A program made the position numbers and the translations under genes. A stretch of DNA of 64,000 nt, from NCBI RefSeq assembly GCF_009914755.1, contig NC_060933.1. One strand, written 5' to 3'. This document shows positions 1 through 22,291 of the stretch, in pieces. Under the pieces are notes generated by a model that was not told the DNA's origin, ran no database searches, and saw nothing but the letters and a program-made list of their open reading frames with translations. This DNA comes from the human T2T-CHM13v2.0 reference genome, Homo sapiens. The first letter of the stretch is position 1; every line of letters starts with the position of its first letter.

Positions 1-162
1 AAAAGTGACCTACCCACCTTGGCCTCCCAAAGTGCTGGGATTACAGGCGTGAGCCACCACGCCCGGCCGGGGCCTTATTTTGGTCCAAAGCATTGAGCCT
101 AGCAATGTGGCATAGAGGAAGGACCTCCCTTCAGTGGCCCCTGCCTGGGTCCCCCTGCTCAG

Positions 163-323
163 GTCAAGATGCAAAAAGGTGAGCGCCAGATGGCCAAAAG
201 GTTCCTGGAGGAACGGAAGGAAGAGCTGGAGGAGGTGGCCCACGAACTGGCTGAGACTGAGCACGAGAACACGGTGTTGAGGCACAACATCGAGCGCATG
301 AAGGAGGAGAAGGACTTCACCAT
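163..323 (+). CDS. ODF2: ODF2/cenexin internal coding exon (first in window), VKMQKGERQMAKRFLEERKEELEEVAHELAETEHENTVLRHNIERMKEEKDFT(I)
   Basis: ctcAG|GTC acceptor, CAT|GTAAGG donor; 161 nt, phase 0 to 2; coiled-coil peptide recognised as ODF2. Confidence 0.95.
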
Positions 324-854
324 GTAAGGTGGCTCCTGCTCTGTCCCCGCTGATCTATTCCTCCCTACCAGGCTGCCTTGAGCCCTGGGCAATAATGGAA
401 AGCAACGTAGGAGGTGGGCACAGGCACTGTGCCTGTGCCCTGGAGCCTGTTCAACAGTCACACAATTAATTACAGTTAATTACCTGGTTGTGCTTATGAT
501 TTGTACTATGAGGGAAAGGGAGGACCCCGTGGATTGTGGTGTGGGACTGGGTAGCAGGGAACTGTTTCTGGAACAAGTGATATTTAAGGGGTGTCCTGCA
601 GGATGGTTAAGCATTCGGCAGGTGGGTGCTAGGGAAGAAAGCACGCTACTCAGTGGGAACATCTTATGCGAAGGCCCCAAGGTGGGAAAGTGTTTGTAGC
701 TGAGAAATGGAAGGCAGGCCAGAGTGGGTGGGCAGAGGATAAGGGGGCCACATAGGTTGGCAGGGGGCTGGCTCTCAGCAGCCACTTTGAGGCATTTGCA
801 TTGAGGGCATTTGGAAGCCATGGAAAGGATTTATTTTATTTAATTAATTTATTT

Positions 855-1363
855 GGCCGGGCGTGGTGGCTCACGCCTGTAATCCCAGCCCTTTGGGAGC
901 CAAGGCGGGCAAATCACAAGGTCAGGAGTTCGAGACCAGCCTGGCCAACATGGTGAAACCCTGTCTCTACTAAAAATACAAAAATTAAGCCGGGCGTCGC
1001 GGCGGGCGCCTATAATCCTAGCTACTCTGGAGGCTGAGGCAGGAGAACTGCTTGATCCTGGGAGGCATCTCAAAATTTTTGAGATGGAGTCTCGCTCTGT
1101 CATCCAGGCTGGAGTGCAGTGGCGTGATCCTGGCTCACTGCAATGTCCGCCTCCTTGACTAAAGTAATCCTCCTGCCTCAGCCTCCCAAGTAACTGGAAT
1201 TACAGGTGCCCACTACCATGCCCGGCTAACTTTTGTATTTTTAGTAGAGATGGGGTTTTAGCTGTTGGCCAGGCTGCTCTCGATAACACCTGATCTCAAG
1301 TGATCTGCCCACCTCGGCTTCCCAAAGTGCTGGGATTACAGGCTTTAGCCACTGTATCCAGCC
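855..1363. mobile_element. Tail-to-tail inverted Alu pair (+ 855-1075, - 1076-1363)
   Basis: Alu consensus motifs in both orientations; flanking direct repeat AGCCATGGAA at 816 and 1367. Confidence 0.85.
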
Positions 1364-1767
1364 TACAGCCATGGAAGTTTTAAAAGCAGGGAGGTGGCCT
1401 GACTAGCCTTGGCTGCAGTGTAGAGAAGAGGTAGAAGGGCTCAAAATCGTATCTGAAGATGGTGCGTAGGAGGGCGTGACAGTGGAGGGGGGCAGTGCAG
1501 AGATGACAATGGTGGCTGTTTGAGAGAAACAGGGCCACAGGTAGCTAATGTCTCCTGGTGTGGAGGCCCTGGTCTGGTGCCCAGGCAGATGTAACTTCTG
1601 GCCCTGGTCCTTTCTGAAGGCCACCCAGGCCAGAAGGGCTGTCCCTGCCCCCTCCCCTACTTTTCCCTGACCAGAGGTGAGCCCCCTAGGGCATTGTGAG
1701 GCAAGCCTTGGATCTCTGGGCATGCGGGGGCCTGGGAGGGCTCACAGAGCCGTCTTTCTGGCCCCAG

Positions 1768-1897
1768 ACTTCAGAAGAAACACCTACAACAGGAGAAGGA
1801 GTGCCTCATGTCCAAGCTGGTGGAGGCGGAAATGGATGGGGCTGCGGCTGCCAAGCAGGTCATGGCCTTGAAGGATACCATCGGGAAGCTGAAAACG
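1768..1897 (+). CDS. ODF2: ODF2 coding exon LQKKHLQQEKECLMSKLVEAEMDGAAAAKQVMALKDTIGKLKT
   Basis: cccAG|A acceptor, ACG|GTAGGT donor; 130 nt, phase 2 to 0, fits previous exon. Confidence 0.95.
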
Positions 1898-2464
1898 GTA
1901 GGTGGCAGGTGGCAGGACCCCAGCCATGGAACTGGCCTCGGGAGGGGGCAGCTGCAGGCTGGGCAGGGTCTTTACGCGTCATCAGGCAGACTTTATGACA
2001 TCTTCAGGCTGGGGGAGAGCACGCTTAACTAGGCCCCCACCCACCACTCTCACTTCCCAATCCTTGACCCTTGAAGATGACCTCTGGTCACCAGGGCCTC
2101 TGAGGAGACCTCATCATGGGTCTCCTGGGATCACAGTGAGTCAAGGCATGTGGTTGATTCCTGCAAGTATCAGCCACCAGGTCTTGTCATCCTCCTTTGC
2201 TTCCTCCAGGAAGTCTGCCCTGACTGTGCTCACCCACACTGAGCCTTCCCACCCCTTTCTCCACCTTTGCTCGGAGCAGACTTAGCTCCTGCTTGTCCCT
2301 TTAGGTCCACCGCTTCCAGGAAACCTGCCCTTGATCACCTTGGCACTGTACACAGCCTGGTTCTCCTTGTCTGGGCTTTCTGGCACCAGACCTCTTGAGT
2401 GCCCATGGGGCCTGCTTCTTCCCTTCTCCCCCTGCATCTGTAAGACTGGCTACTTGTCTTCCAG

Positions 2465-2596
2465 GAGAAACAAATGACCTGCACGGACATCAACACCCTG
2501 ACAAGGCAGAAGGAACTTCTCCTGCAGAAGCTGAGCACATTTGAGGAGACCAACCGCACCCTCCGAGACCTCCTGAGGGAACAGCACTGCAAAGAG
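2465..2596 (+). CDS. ODF2: ODF2 coding exon EKQMTCTDINTLTRQKELLLQKLSTFEETNRTLRDLLREQHCKE
   Basis: ttccAG|GAG, GAG|GTGAGC; 132 nt. Confidence 0.95.
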
Positions 2597-2977
2597 GTGA
2601 GCTTGGGGCCTGGCTCTTTCCCTCCAGCTCTGCATGCCCATCCTCTCTGAGCCTTTCTCCTTGTCTGTAAAAAGAAAATAAGATTGGTGCCCGACCTGAG
2701 AGGTCCTTAGAGAGATGTAATGAAATTGTTCACATGAAGTGCTCAGCACCCAGTAGACAAGTACCATCTTAGATGCCGTTGAATCCAAGCCAGGCAGCAC
2801 CGGAACAACCTTGAAAGTCAGGAGAGGGGCAGTGGGGGAGTCAGGGAGGGGTTCAGCCCAGGGCATAGAAAAGAGAGTTCCAGACCTGAGCTTTTTGTTC
2901 AGTAAGAGAATGATTAATGGCTGGCAGACACAAATCGTGTGGTCTCATTTTGTTTTCTTAAAATATGTTCTCTGAGG

Positions 2978-3844
<867 letters not shown>

Positions 3845-3861
3845 TTATATGTTAGCAAATA

Positions 3862-4190
3862 TAGTCGACCCTCTGTATCTGTGGGTTCTGCATTCGTGGA
3901 TTCAGCCAACCTTGGATTGAAGATATTTGGAAAAAATTACATATTTACTGAACACCTATAGACTGTTTTTCTTGATATTATCCCCTGAATCATATAACAA
4001 CTATTTACATAGCATTTACCTTGTATGAGGTATTATAAATAATCTAGAGATGATTTAAAGTATATGGGAGGAGGTACACAAGTATATACAAATACTGTGC
4101 CATTTTATATCAGGGACTTGAGCATCTTTGGATTTTGGTATCCACAGAATGTCCTGGAACCAGTCCTCCATGAATACCAAGGGATGACTG
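3862..4190 (-). mobile_element. MER2-like (TcMar-Tigger) non-autonomous DNA transposon
   Basis: Terminal inverted repeats (tagtcgaccctctgtatc … ataccaagggatgactg), TA on both sides, about 330 bp; matches remembered MER2 consensus. Confidence 0.8.
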
Positions 4191-4199
4191 TAGTTCTTT

Positions 4200-5023
<824 letters not shown>

Positions 5024-5149
5024 GATATATTAGCAAATATTGCAGAAAAGACTGACAGTATAAATGGTTGTCTCCTGCTTGGTTCTAAGCAAAGAGATGA
5101 CAATAGTCTCAAAATGCCAGTGCTAATGAAATGGTGACGTTCTTCTTAT

Positions 5150-7523
<2,374 letters not shown>

Positions 7524-8139
7524 TCATCCTGGAGTCCCATCTTCAATTGGAGATGAAGGGTCAGCTAATTTGAATTCCCACCCAAAAGTGGTGTTTTGTG
7601 CTTTGTCCAGGCTCAGCTCCTTGGTGCCCATCTGTGCTCAGGGCTCCCTCACCATCTCGGTGCTTGCTGGGTAGTGCTCAGTGTGGTGGGGAACTGCTCT
7701 GGTTCTGGAGTCCGAGTCGGCTCCAGGGCCCAGTACTACCCCTTCCAGCTGTGTGGCCTCACTTGCCTTCACTTCTCCCAGCCTTAGTCTCCTCCTCTGA
7801 GATGGGGGTAGTGATAGTGCATGGCTCTTAGAGTAGGGGGCTTTGGTGAGTTCATGCACATAGGATGGCAGAAGAGTTGGTCAGTGGTTTCAGTGCCCCA
7901 GGGGAGGCCTGGAGGGCAGTGAGAACAGCCTCAGGTTCTGCATCCGTGGCCAAGCCTTCTGTCCCAGGTTCTTTGCCTCTTGTTGCCAGAGAAACCATAA
8001 TACTGTCTTTTATCAGTTCCTAGGTGCCCAGGAAACTTTGGGAACCAGAGAGCCCTTTTCTCTGGGCTTATGAAGGGGATCTGTGGGTCTGAGAGGGAAA
8101 GAGGGTGAACAAGATGTCCCTCCCTCAAGGGATACTTTG

Positions 8140-9375
8140 TTCAGGTGCCAAAGAAAAATAGGGACAGTCACAAAGACATAGCCCAGTGAGAAAATGGGCC
8201 AGGGCAGGAGCAGGAAGTTCAGGCAAGAGGAGACCCAAATGGCTCATATGAGAGGATGCTAATCCTCACTGGTAATTAGAGAAGTGCAAATGAAACCAGC
8301 AGGAGTGCTGTTGGCAGATGACTGGCAACAGAGGCAGAGGTTGGCTGCTGCCTGGTACTGGTGAGTGCAGGGAAGTGAGTCCTCCCATGTCCTGCTTGTA
8401 GCCCAGTGAATTGGTGCAGGCATTTTGCAGGGCATTTCAGCCACAAATCTCAGACCTTCCGACCTGGCCATTCCTCTTCTTGGTATCATCCCTAGAGAGG
8501 CACTTTGTATATGCCCAGCAACGTCTATTGCTGCAGTGTTTGTAGTTGCAAAACATGGGAACAGCCTCATTGTCCAGAGGTTGTGGGGAGAGGTTAAAAA
8601 TGGCAGTGGCATATTAGAGACACGGAGAGGTTCCACATGCCATGGCATATTAGAGACAGAAAGCAGATCAGTGGTTGCTAGGGGCAGGAGTGGGAGGGAA
8701 TGGGAATGGCTGCTTAATGGTACAGGGTTTCTTTTTTGGGTGATGAAAATGTTGTGGAGCTAGATAATGGTGATGGTTGTACAGTATTATGAATATACTA
8801 AATGCCACTGAATTTTACGCTTAAAAATGGTTAGCCAGGTGTGGTGGCACACACCTGTGGTCCCAGCTACTGAGGAGGCTGAGGTGGGAGGATCACTTGA
8901 GTCCAGGATATCAAGGTTGCAGTGAGCTATGATCCATGATTACAACATGCACTCCAGCTTGGGTGACAGAGCTAGACTGTGTCTCTAAAAGAAATAAAAA
9001 GGTTAAAATGACAAGTTTTATGTTACATATATTTTACCACAATTTTTAAAAGTTAATAATGGAATATACCAAAGCCATTTAATTGTATACTTTATTTTTT
9101 CTTCTAGCTTTATTGAGGTATATTTGACAAACAGAAGTAGTATACATTTTAAGATGTTCATCGTGATGATTTGATACCCATATACATTGTAAAGTGACCA
9201 CCTCAATCAAGCTGATTAACACATCCATCACGTCACATGGTTACCTTTTTGTGTGTGTGTGGTGACAACACTTAAGATCTCCTAGCAGATTTCAAGTATA
9301 TAATACATCATTAATTATAGTCACCATGCTGTACACTTTAAATGGTGTTCAAATTTATATCTCAATAAAGCTGTT
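8140..9375. mobile_element. Old L1M fragments with an embedded Alu monomer
   Basis: Degenerate L1 3' motifs (gaaatgcaaat-like, gatcagtggttgc, aatgccactgaatt). Confidence 0.55.
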
Positions 9376-9379
9376 TTTA

Positions 9380-9723
<344 letters not shown>

Positions 9724-10155
9724 CTAAAGTTACACATGAATCCCTTTCCCCTTCCCCCAGAGACAAACAGTATTTCTCTTGATGCAGCAAAATGCTGTTT
9801 CATTACAGAGAAACAGTATTTCAATACAGTATTCTGTACAGTATTTTCAATACAGAGAAATACAGTATTTCTCTGTAGATGTAGAGAAAAAGGATGGGAA
9901 GGATACTCCTCAAACTAATAGCAGTAGGGTAGGGTTTGGAGGTGGGTACAGGAGGAACTGTAGCTTTATTAGCATTCACTATTTTATAGTGAGAATATAT
10001 TCACATTACTTTTCAAATTAGAACTACAGTTTTTTGGGCCAGGTGTGGTGGCTCACACCTGTAATCCCAGCACTTGGGGAGGCCAAAGCAGGCAGATTGT
10101 TTGAACCCAGGAGTTCAAGACCAGCCTGGGCAAACAGGGAGACCCTCCAACTCTA

Positions 10156-10390
<235 letters not shown>

Positions 10391-10427
10391 TTAATGACTT
10401 GACTTTTTCCTTTGCCTTTCTTTGAAG

Positions 10428-10499
10428 GATTCTGAAAGACTAATGGAGCAACAAGGAGCACTGCTGAAACGGCTGGCGGAGGCCGACTCAGAGAAAGCG
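10428..10499 (+). CDS. ODF2: ODF2 coding exon DSERLMEQQGALLKRLAEADSEKA
   Basis: pyrimidine tract then gaAG|GAT, GCG|GTAACT; 72 nt. Confidence 0.93.
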
Positions 10500-11663
10500 G
10501 TAACTAAGGCTGCCCTTGTCTACTCTAGTGGGTACAGGTGGCAAGAGCGTCGTTCCACTACAAAGTGTAGAGGTGCTTGGATCAAGGCAGGAGGGCTGGA
10601 GCATTTCGCTAGGTCTTAGTTTCACGATCTGTAAAATGGGCTGATGTCCTCCTGTCACGCTTGTTCTGATAGGCTTGTCTAGTTAGTTACTTGAGACCTT
10701 GAGCCACAAAGCTGGACACCAACATAGAGAGGGTAATGATGATGTTGGATTTGTAAATCATCCGTGTCTGTTAAAGCTGGATTTCCATCAAATTAGTATT
10801 ATGGATTCAAAGCCATCAAAAAGTACACACCTTTGGACTCAGTAATCCTAATTCTAGGAATCTCTCCCAAAGCAGCATGTTCCAAAGTCTGTTCATGGAA
10901 CCCTAAGTTCCTCAAGATGTTAATGAGTGCAAGAAACCGAAGGGGAGGTTCCATAGCCAGTTAAATTTGGGAAACCATAGGCTGGCCTGAACATGAAGTT
11001 CAACAGCTTCTTTCAAGACTTTTTTGGAGTGTCTGCTGTATTAATGCTTTTGTAAGTCTCCAAGAGAGGGGAGGGAGACGGAGGCCCAGTTTCCCAAGGT
11101 GTGGTCTGTGGCCTCTGATGCTTAGTTGAGGAAGGAGTGGAGATGCAGCAAGCTCGGCGATAATGCCTAAATGTGCATTCCCAGCTCAAGAACCCTTGTT
11201 AAGTTATGATATACATCAGTAACTTGAACCGTCAAGCAGCTCTTTCAAAAGACACAGAAGATTTAATCACATTATGGTAAACATGAGCTTTTAGGCTATG
11301 GAACGAAGTAGGCATATGACTTTTTTTTTTTAACGGTGCTGAGCATATGAGTTTCAATGTGCATTAACTGGTTATCTCTGCATGGGGGGTTACGGGGTTT
11401 CTTTGGAGGATTTTTTTGGTGTGTTCTCAATGTTTTCTACAGTTAACATTGCTGTTCTTAAATTGCAAAATAAATACATGTTCATTGTTTTAAAAAAATG
11501 TTTTAATGCATATGTTAGGTGCTTCCTACCAGAATCTCTGACATGGGCCAATGTATGTAGGACCTTGGGCCCCAGTGGCCAGGTACTCACAAATCTCTGT
11601 CCTCCCTGGGCCGGGCCTCTTTGCCCTTCCCAGGGGCACCTGACAGCCTGTGTTCTCTCCCAG

Positions 11664-11735
11664 CGCCTGCTGTTACTGCTGCAAGACAAGGACAAGGAGG
11701 TGGAAGAGCTCCTTCAGGAAATACAATGTGAGAAG
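11664..11735 (+). CDS. ODF2: ODF2 coding exon RLLLLLQDKDKEVEELLQEIQCEK
   Basis: cccAG|CGC, AAG|GTAGTG; 72 nt. Confidence 0.93.
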
Positions 11736-11764
11736 GTAGTGTGCTTTTTTTTTTTTTTTTTTAG

Positions 11765-11977
<213 letters not shown>

Positions 11978-12275
11978 TGATCTGCCTGCCTCGGCCTCCC
12001 AAAGTGCTGGATTACAGGCATGAGCCACTGCGCCCAGCCGCAGTTGTGCATTTTTATGAGCCAGTAGAATATAATGGATATGCAGAGAGCTGGGTTCAAA
12101 TCCTGTCTTTGGGCCGGGTGCAGTAGCTCATGTCTGGCACTTTTTCGAGACCAGCCTAGGCCACTCCCTAGCACTTTGGGAGGCCAATGCAGGAGGACTC
12201 ATTGAGGCCAGGAGTTTGAGACTGTCCTGGGCAACACAGGGAGACCCCATCTCTACAAAATTAAAATTAAAATTA

Positions 12276-12583
<308 letters not shown>

Positions 12584-12626
12584 CTAGCCGGTTTTGATGG
12601 CACGTGACTGTAACCCCAGCTACTCA

Positions 12627-12761
<135 letters not shown>

Positions 12762-12784
12762 TCACTTTTTCCGTCTCTCCACAG

Positions 12785-12901
12785 GCTCAAGCAAAGACAG
12801 CCTCTGAGCTTTCTAAATCCATGGAGTCCATGCGTGGGCATTTGCAGGCACAGCTTCGGTCCAAAGAGGCTGAGAACAGTCGCCTGTGCATGCAGATTAA
12901 G
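12785..12901 (+). CDS. ODF2: ODF2 coding exon [39 protein letters not shown]
   Basis: cacAG|GCT, AAG|GTACCT; 117 nt. Confidence 0.93.
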
Positions 12902-13547
12902 GTACCTATTGGCCCCACAAGTGGGGAAAGAGGAGGCAAGGGCCTGCCAATTTGATGGTAGCGGCCTGGCCCAGATATCACACTCAGGAAGTGTGCCTCC
13001 AAAGGTTTCTGAGGCAGCTGATGACAAAATACTCAGGCCTCAGAGACATTCCAGGACAGTGGCAAGAGCAATGGACAGAGACCCAGGAGGTGTTGGGCAT
13101 CCTTCCCAACAGTGACGGGGTTGCGTGCCATGCCCCCCAGGCCTATCACTTAATCCCCTAGGCCCTCAGTTCTCCTCATTACCCAAGGGAAAGGGATGGT
13201 CTCTTTGTAGCCCAGGGGTCCTCTGAGGTCATACTCTGCTGAGTGACCAAGGAACTATCTCTGACCACAAGGCTGGGAGTTCAGGGAAGGATTCCAGAGC
13301 AGTTCTGACCTAATATCAAGACCCCATGGGCTGAGAGATCCAGGGAGGTGTCGTGGGGAGCTGGGAGGGACTGTGTCTCTGGTCCGAGTTAGGGGAGCCT
13401 CTCACACAGCTAAGCACTTTTTTCTGTCTTCCTCGTTTCCTCTTTGCTCTTGCCTTTTCCTCCCTTTCTCCTTCACCCTCTGCTTTGCCTTCCCACAACC
13501 TCCTTGTCTCTCTTCTCCCTCTCTTTCTCACCCCTTCCCCCTTCCAG

Positions 13548-13733
13548 AATCTGGAGCGCAGCGGGAATCAGCATAAGGCAGAAGTGGAGGCCATCATGGA
13601 GCAGCTGAAGGAGTTGAAGCAGAAGGGAGACCGAGACAAAGAGAGCTTGAAGAAGGCCATCCGAGCCCAGAAGGAGCGAGCCGAGAAGAGCGAGGAGTAT
13701 GCTGAGCAGCTACACGTGCAACTCGCTGACAAG
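13548..13733 (+). CDS. ODF2: ODF2 coding exon NLERSGNQHKAEVEAIMEQLKELKQKGDRDKESLKKAIRAQKERAEKSEEYAEQLHVQLADK
   Basis: long pyrimidine tract, ttccAG|AAT, AAG|GTCGCA; 186 nt. Confidence 0.95.
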
Positions 13734-14211
13734 GTCGCAGGCCCGCGGTGCCCAGCTCCTCACCTGCCCTGAGGAGGGCTGGGTGATGGCAGAGGGGTGG
13801 TCAGCCAGATGGGTAGCGGGGAGGGGTGGGTGGATGAGGGATGGTAGTGGTGGAAAGGATAGATGGCTGGGGAGGAGGGAGAGGGAGTTAAGGGGATCAA
13901 ATGGGTAAAAGCTGGAGGGATGGGTGGCTGGAGATGATTGGAGGCTTTGTAGGAGAGTTCAGCCACATCAGCTTTGTGGGTGAGAATAATGGTTAAGGAA
14001 GGATTTACAAACAGGATGCATTTGATTGCTAGAAATCTGGGAGCACTAGCTGGGCTCCCACTGTTGCTTCCAGCGCCCTCTAGAAAGGTGAATTCCAGAA
14101 TGAGGTTTAGGTTACCAGGGTGAGAAACCACCTAGGATGAGCCCGCTCCCAGCTCCTGGCAGCCTCACCACTGACACTAGGCTAACAGGCCCTTTTGTCC
14201 CGTGTTCCCAG

Positions 14212-14321
14212 GATCTTTATGTCGCTGAAGCTTTATCCACTCTGGAATCCTGGAGGAGCCGCTACAACCAAGTTGTAAAAGAAAAGGGAGACCTTGAGCT
14301 GGAAATTATTGTCCTGAATGA
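14212..14321 (+). CDS. ODF2: ODF2 coding exon DLYVAEALSTLESWRSRYNQVVKEKGDLELEIIVLN(D)
   Basis: cccAG|GAT, TGA|GTACGT; 110 nt, ends phase 2. Confidence 0.93.
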
Positions 14322-16352
14322 GTACGTCTTAGAGTAGGAGAGGGAATGTGGCGCTGTTGAGGGACTTGGGTGTGCAGGTGGGAGGGGCCTAGTGGCTCAG
14401 GGAAGGCCACGTGGCTGCTGTTTGTACTCTCCGGGTTGGGGGCTGCACTGGGCTGTGATGTGGGTAGCCCTGAGCTGGGCTTTCTGGTTGGAGCTGGGGT
14501 GCAAGCTCTGGCCCTAGTCCTGGGGTCCTACCCTACTGTCAGGCACTGGCTAGGGGCCGGGTCTTTCTGGTCAGAGGTGTGGGTCTGACTTCATCACCTG
14601 GGCCTGATCCTGTCCTCAGTCTACACAGCATTTGAAATGGGCACCGTGGTGTCCTCATTCCTATTGGGGAATGGGGCAGATGGTGACCCGAGTGTCTTCT
14701 CTCTGTTGTCTGTCCAGGGACAGCAGCTGTTTGCCAGTGCCTGCCAGTCAGTAGGTCAGTGGTATGGCATGGGAGTAGGGGGCAAAAGTGGCCTCAATTT
14801 GCAAGTGACTGAGCTGACACCTTTCTTGCCACTGGCGAACTGTGAATAGTGACCATTCCATCATTCTCCTTTTTTCCTTCATTTATTGGAAAAACATATA
14901 TTGAGCATCTACCATATACCAAGCTGCTGTGTGCTGGCCACCAGGGTTACAGCAGTAAGAAGACAAATGCATTCCCTGCCCTCTACTCTGTAGAGGAGAT
15001 AGGGCTACAAGAGGCATGGACTCCCTGGACTAAGGATAGGTCATGGGGGAGCTCATTTAATCTCCCAGGTCAGGAAAGTCTCTTACTGTATTCAACTCAA
15101 CTTAGCAAACATGTTCTGAGAACTCACTATGTGCCAGGCTCTATGCCAGCTGCTGTCCTTAGGGAGTTCTCTGTCTAGTGGGAGAACATAGATACCTAAG
15201 ACAGAAGCATACATGGTACAGGGGAGGGGTCAGGGACAAGATGTCTTGAAGTCTGAACTGGGTTTTTAAGTGTGAGTAGGAGTTTGCCAGGTAAACTGGA
15301 GTTGCCAGCAAACTGATATGTTTGCTTGGGCCTAGTCAGTGTTCAGTGGTGGACTGTAATTGGTCAATACTGAGAGCACATATTGTGCAAAGGGTTTTTG
15401 ATGGGTCTGTGGTCAAGATAGAGGAGTAAGCACCTGTGAGCCCCAGGGCTCCTCTTGAGGCCACAGTCTCTGCTCTTTGACTGATGATGGCCTTGCTGAG
15501 TGACTGAGGCAGCAGCAGGGAGCAGAAGGGACTGGGGGTGGGGCAGGCAGCTGGCTTCTAAGTTGGCGTCTTTCTATTTGTGCCTTTTTCCCACACCACA
15601 CTCATTGCCGTTCCTGCCTGTGTTAGGTGAGTGTTCATATGTGAATGAGCAATCATGGCACCAGCCCCCTGCTGGGGGTACAAAAGCCCAGGGTGCTCAG
15701 GGCCCTGCTGGAGAGGAATGCCTGGGTGATAATCCCTGACCACCAGCCTGGGAGTCCAAGAAGGGATTCCAGAAGCGTCTGTCCTAACACCAAGACCTGA
15801 TAGGCAGAGAGATTCCAGGAGGTGTCATAGGGAGTTGGGAAGGGATCATGTCTCTGGTCCTTGCCTTCAAAGGGTATCTTGGCCTTATGAGAGGATCAAG
15901 ATGGGTACACATCCCTCTCTCTCTCTCTCTCTTTTTTTTCTTAATGGAGACAAGGTCTTGCTCCTTCACCCAGGCTATAGTGCAGTGGCACCAGCATAGC
16001 TCACTGCAACCTTCAACTGCTGGGCTCAAGCAATCCTCCCACCTTGGCCTCCCAAAGCACTGGGATTACAGGTGTGAGCTGCCACACCCAGCCCACACTT
16101 CTCTTAATAAGTCATTGCTTATTGTTGAATTGTAGATGGTTTCTTGGAGGGGGAGGTATGGGAGACACATCTTAACGGACGTCGTTCAGAGGTGGGACAG
16201 GCATGGGAGTACCACAGCAGCAATGCCAAGGCAGGGCAGCAGAGTTGCTTCTCAGTGTGGAGATTGGGGAGCAGGCAGGCAGTATATTGAGTGATGAGAA
16301 CGCTGGGTCCCACACCACACAAAGACGTGGGTTCTTTAGAACCTGTGTAATT

Positions 16353-21009
<4,657 letters not shown>

Positions 21010-21270
21010 TGGTTTTATCCCCATTTTCTTTAATGATTATATATTGCTTTTGGATTAAGAAAAAACAGAAGTCATTTATTTGCATCTCTATTCACTTGAG
21101 GTGGTAACATTAGGAGTCTTACCTGCTTCTCGGTGCTTCTCTCAGGGAAAGTGCTCTGTGGGTTAGAGTAGGGGGCCTTTCCTTTTCTGGTTCTTTGGAT
21201 AGAGTTGAGGGTAGGAGGTCCACCTGAAGCAGAACCTTCCTGTGGGTTACTCATGAGCCATCCCTTCCAG

Positions 21271-21381
21271 GCCAGCTTTGCTCCAATGGAGGACAAACTC
21301 AACCAGGCACACCTCGAGGTCCAGCAGCTGAAGGCCTCAGTGAAGAACTATGAGGGGATGATTGACAACTATAAGAGTCAG
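21271..21381 (+). CDS. ODF2: ODF2 coding exon ASFAPMEDKLNQAHLEVQQLKASVKNYEGMIDNYKSQ
   Basis: ttccAG|GCC, CAG|GTAGGC; 111 nt. Confidence 0.95.
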
Positions 21382-21545
21382 GTAGGCCTCACTGGGGCCC
21401 TGGCCCTTCTGAGCAGTGCCCTCCCTGCCCCCATCAGACTGGGGGCTCCCTACCAGGCCACTCCCAGGGAGGGTTGGGTATGGAAGATGGTTTTCATCAA
21501 AACGTGGCTCTACCTAAGATGAACCACAGTGTTGTTGGTCCCTAG

Positions 21546-21650
21546 GTGATGAAGACCAGATTGGAGGCTGATGAAGTAGCTGCCCAGCTAGAACGCTGTG
21601 ACAAAGAGAACAAGATCCTTAAAGATGAGATGAACAAAGAGATTGAGGCG
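21546..21650 (+). CDS. ODF2: ODF2 coding exon VMKTRLEADEVAAQLERCDKENKILKDEMNKEIEA
   Basis: cctAG|GTG, GCG|GTACTG; 105 nt. Confidence 0.93.
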
Positions 21651-22028
21651 GTACTGCTTTCCTTCCTTGTTTTCTTCTCCTACCCAATTCCATATCTAAC
21701 TCAATGACTGTGAGTCTGTTCCCCTTGTTTGCCTTTGACCCTACCTGATTTGGGCAACAAAGGTGAGCTCATTTTCTCATTGGTGGGCTCATCCACTCTA
21801 CCCTGTGCCTCTCTCTCCTTTGTCTCTTTCTTGTTTCCTCTCTTCTCTCTCTCATGCTGCTGCTTTGTCTTTTTTTTTTTTTTCTCTTGGTTTTCTTCTA
21901 CCTCCTTTTCAATTTTCTTAAAATAACAACAACAAAAAAACTCTCCTGGCTGGGCACGGTCTCTCACACCTGTAATCCCAGCACTTTGGGAGACTGAGGC
22001 AGGCAGGTCAACTGAGGTTGGGAGTTCA

Positions 22029-22291
<263 letters not shown>

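Noticed and set aside
10-461. Minus-strand ORFs overlapping an ODF2 exon (similar ones at 2335-2866, 27127-27438, 52550-52762)
   Set aside because: Antisense shadows of coiled-coil coding exons.
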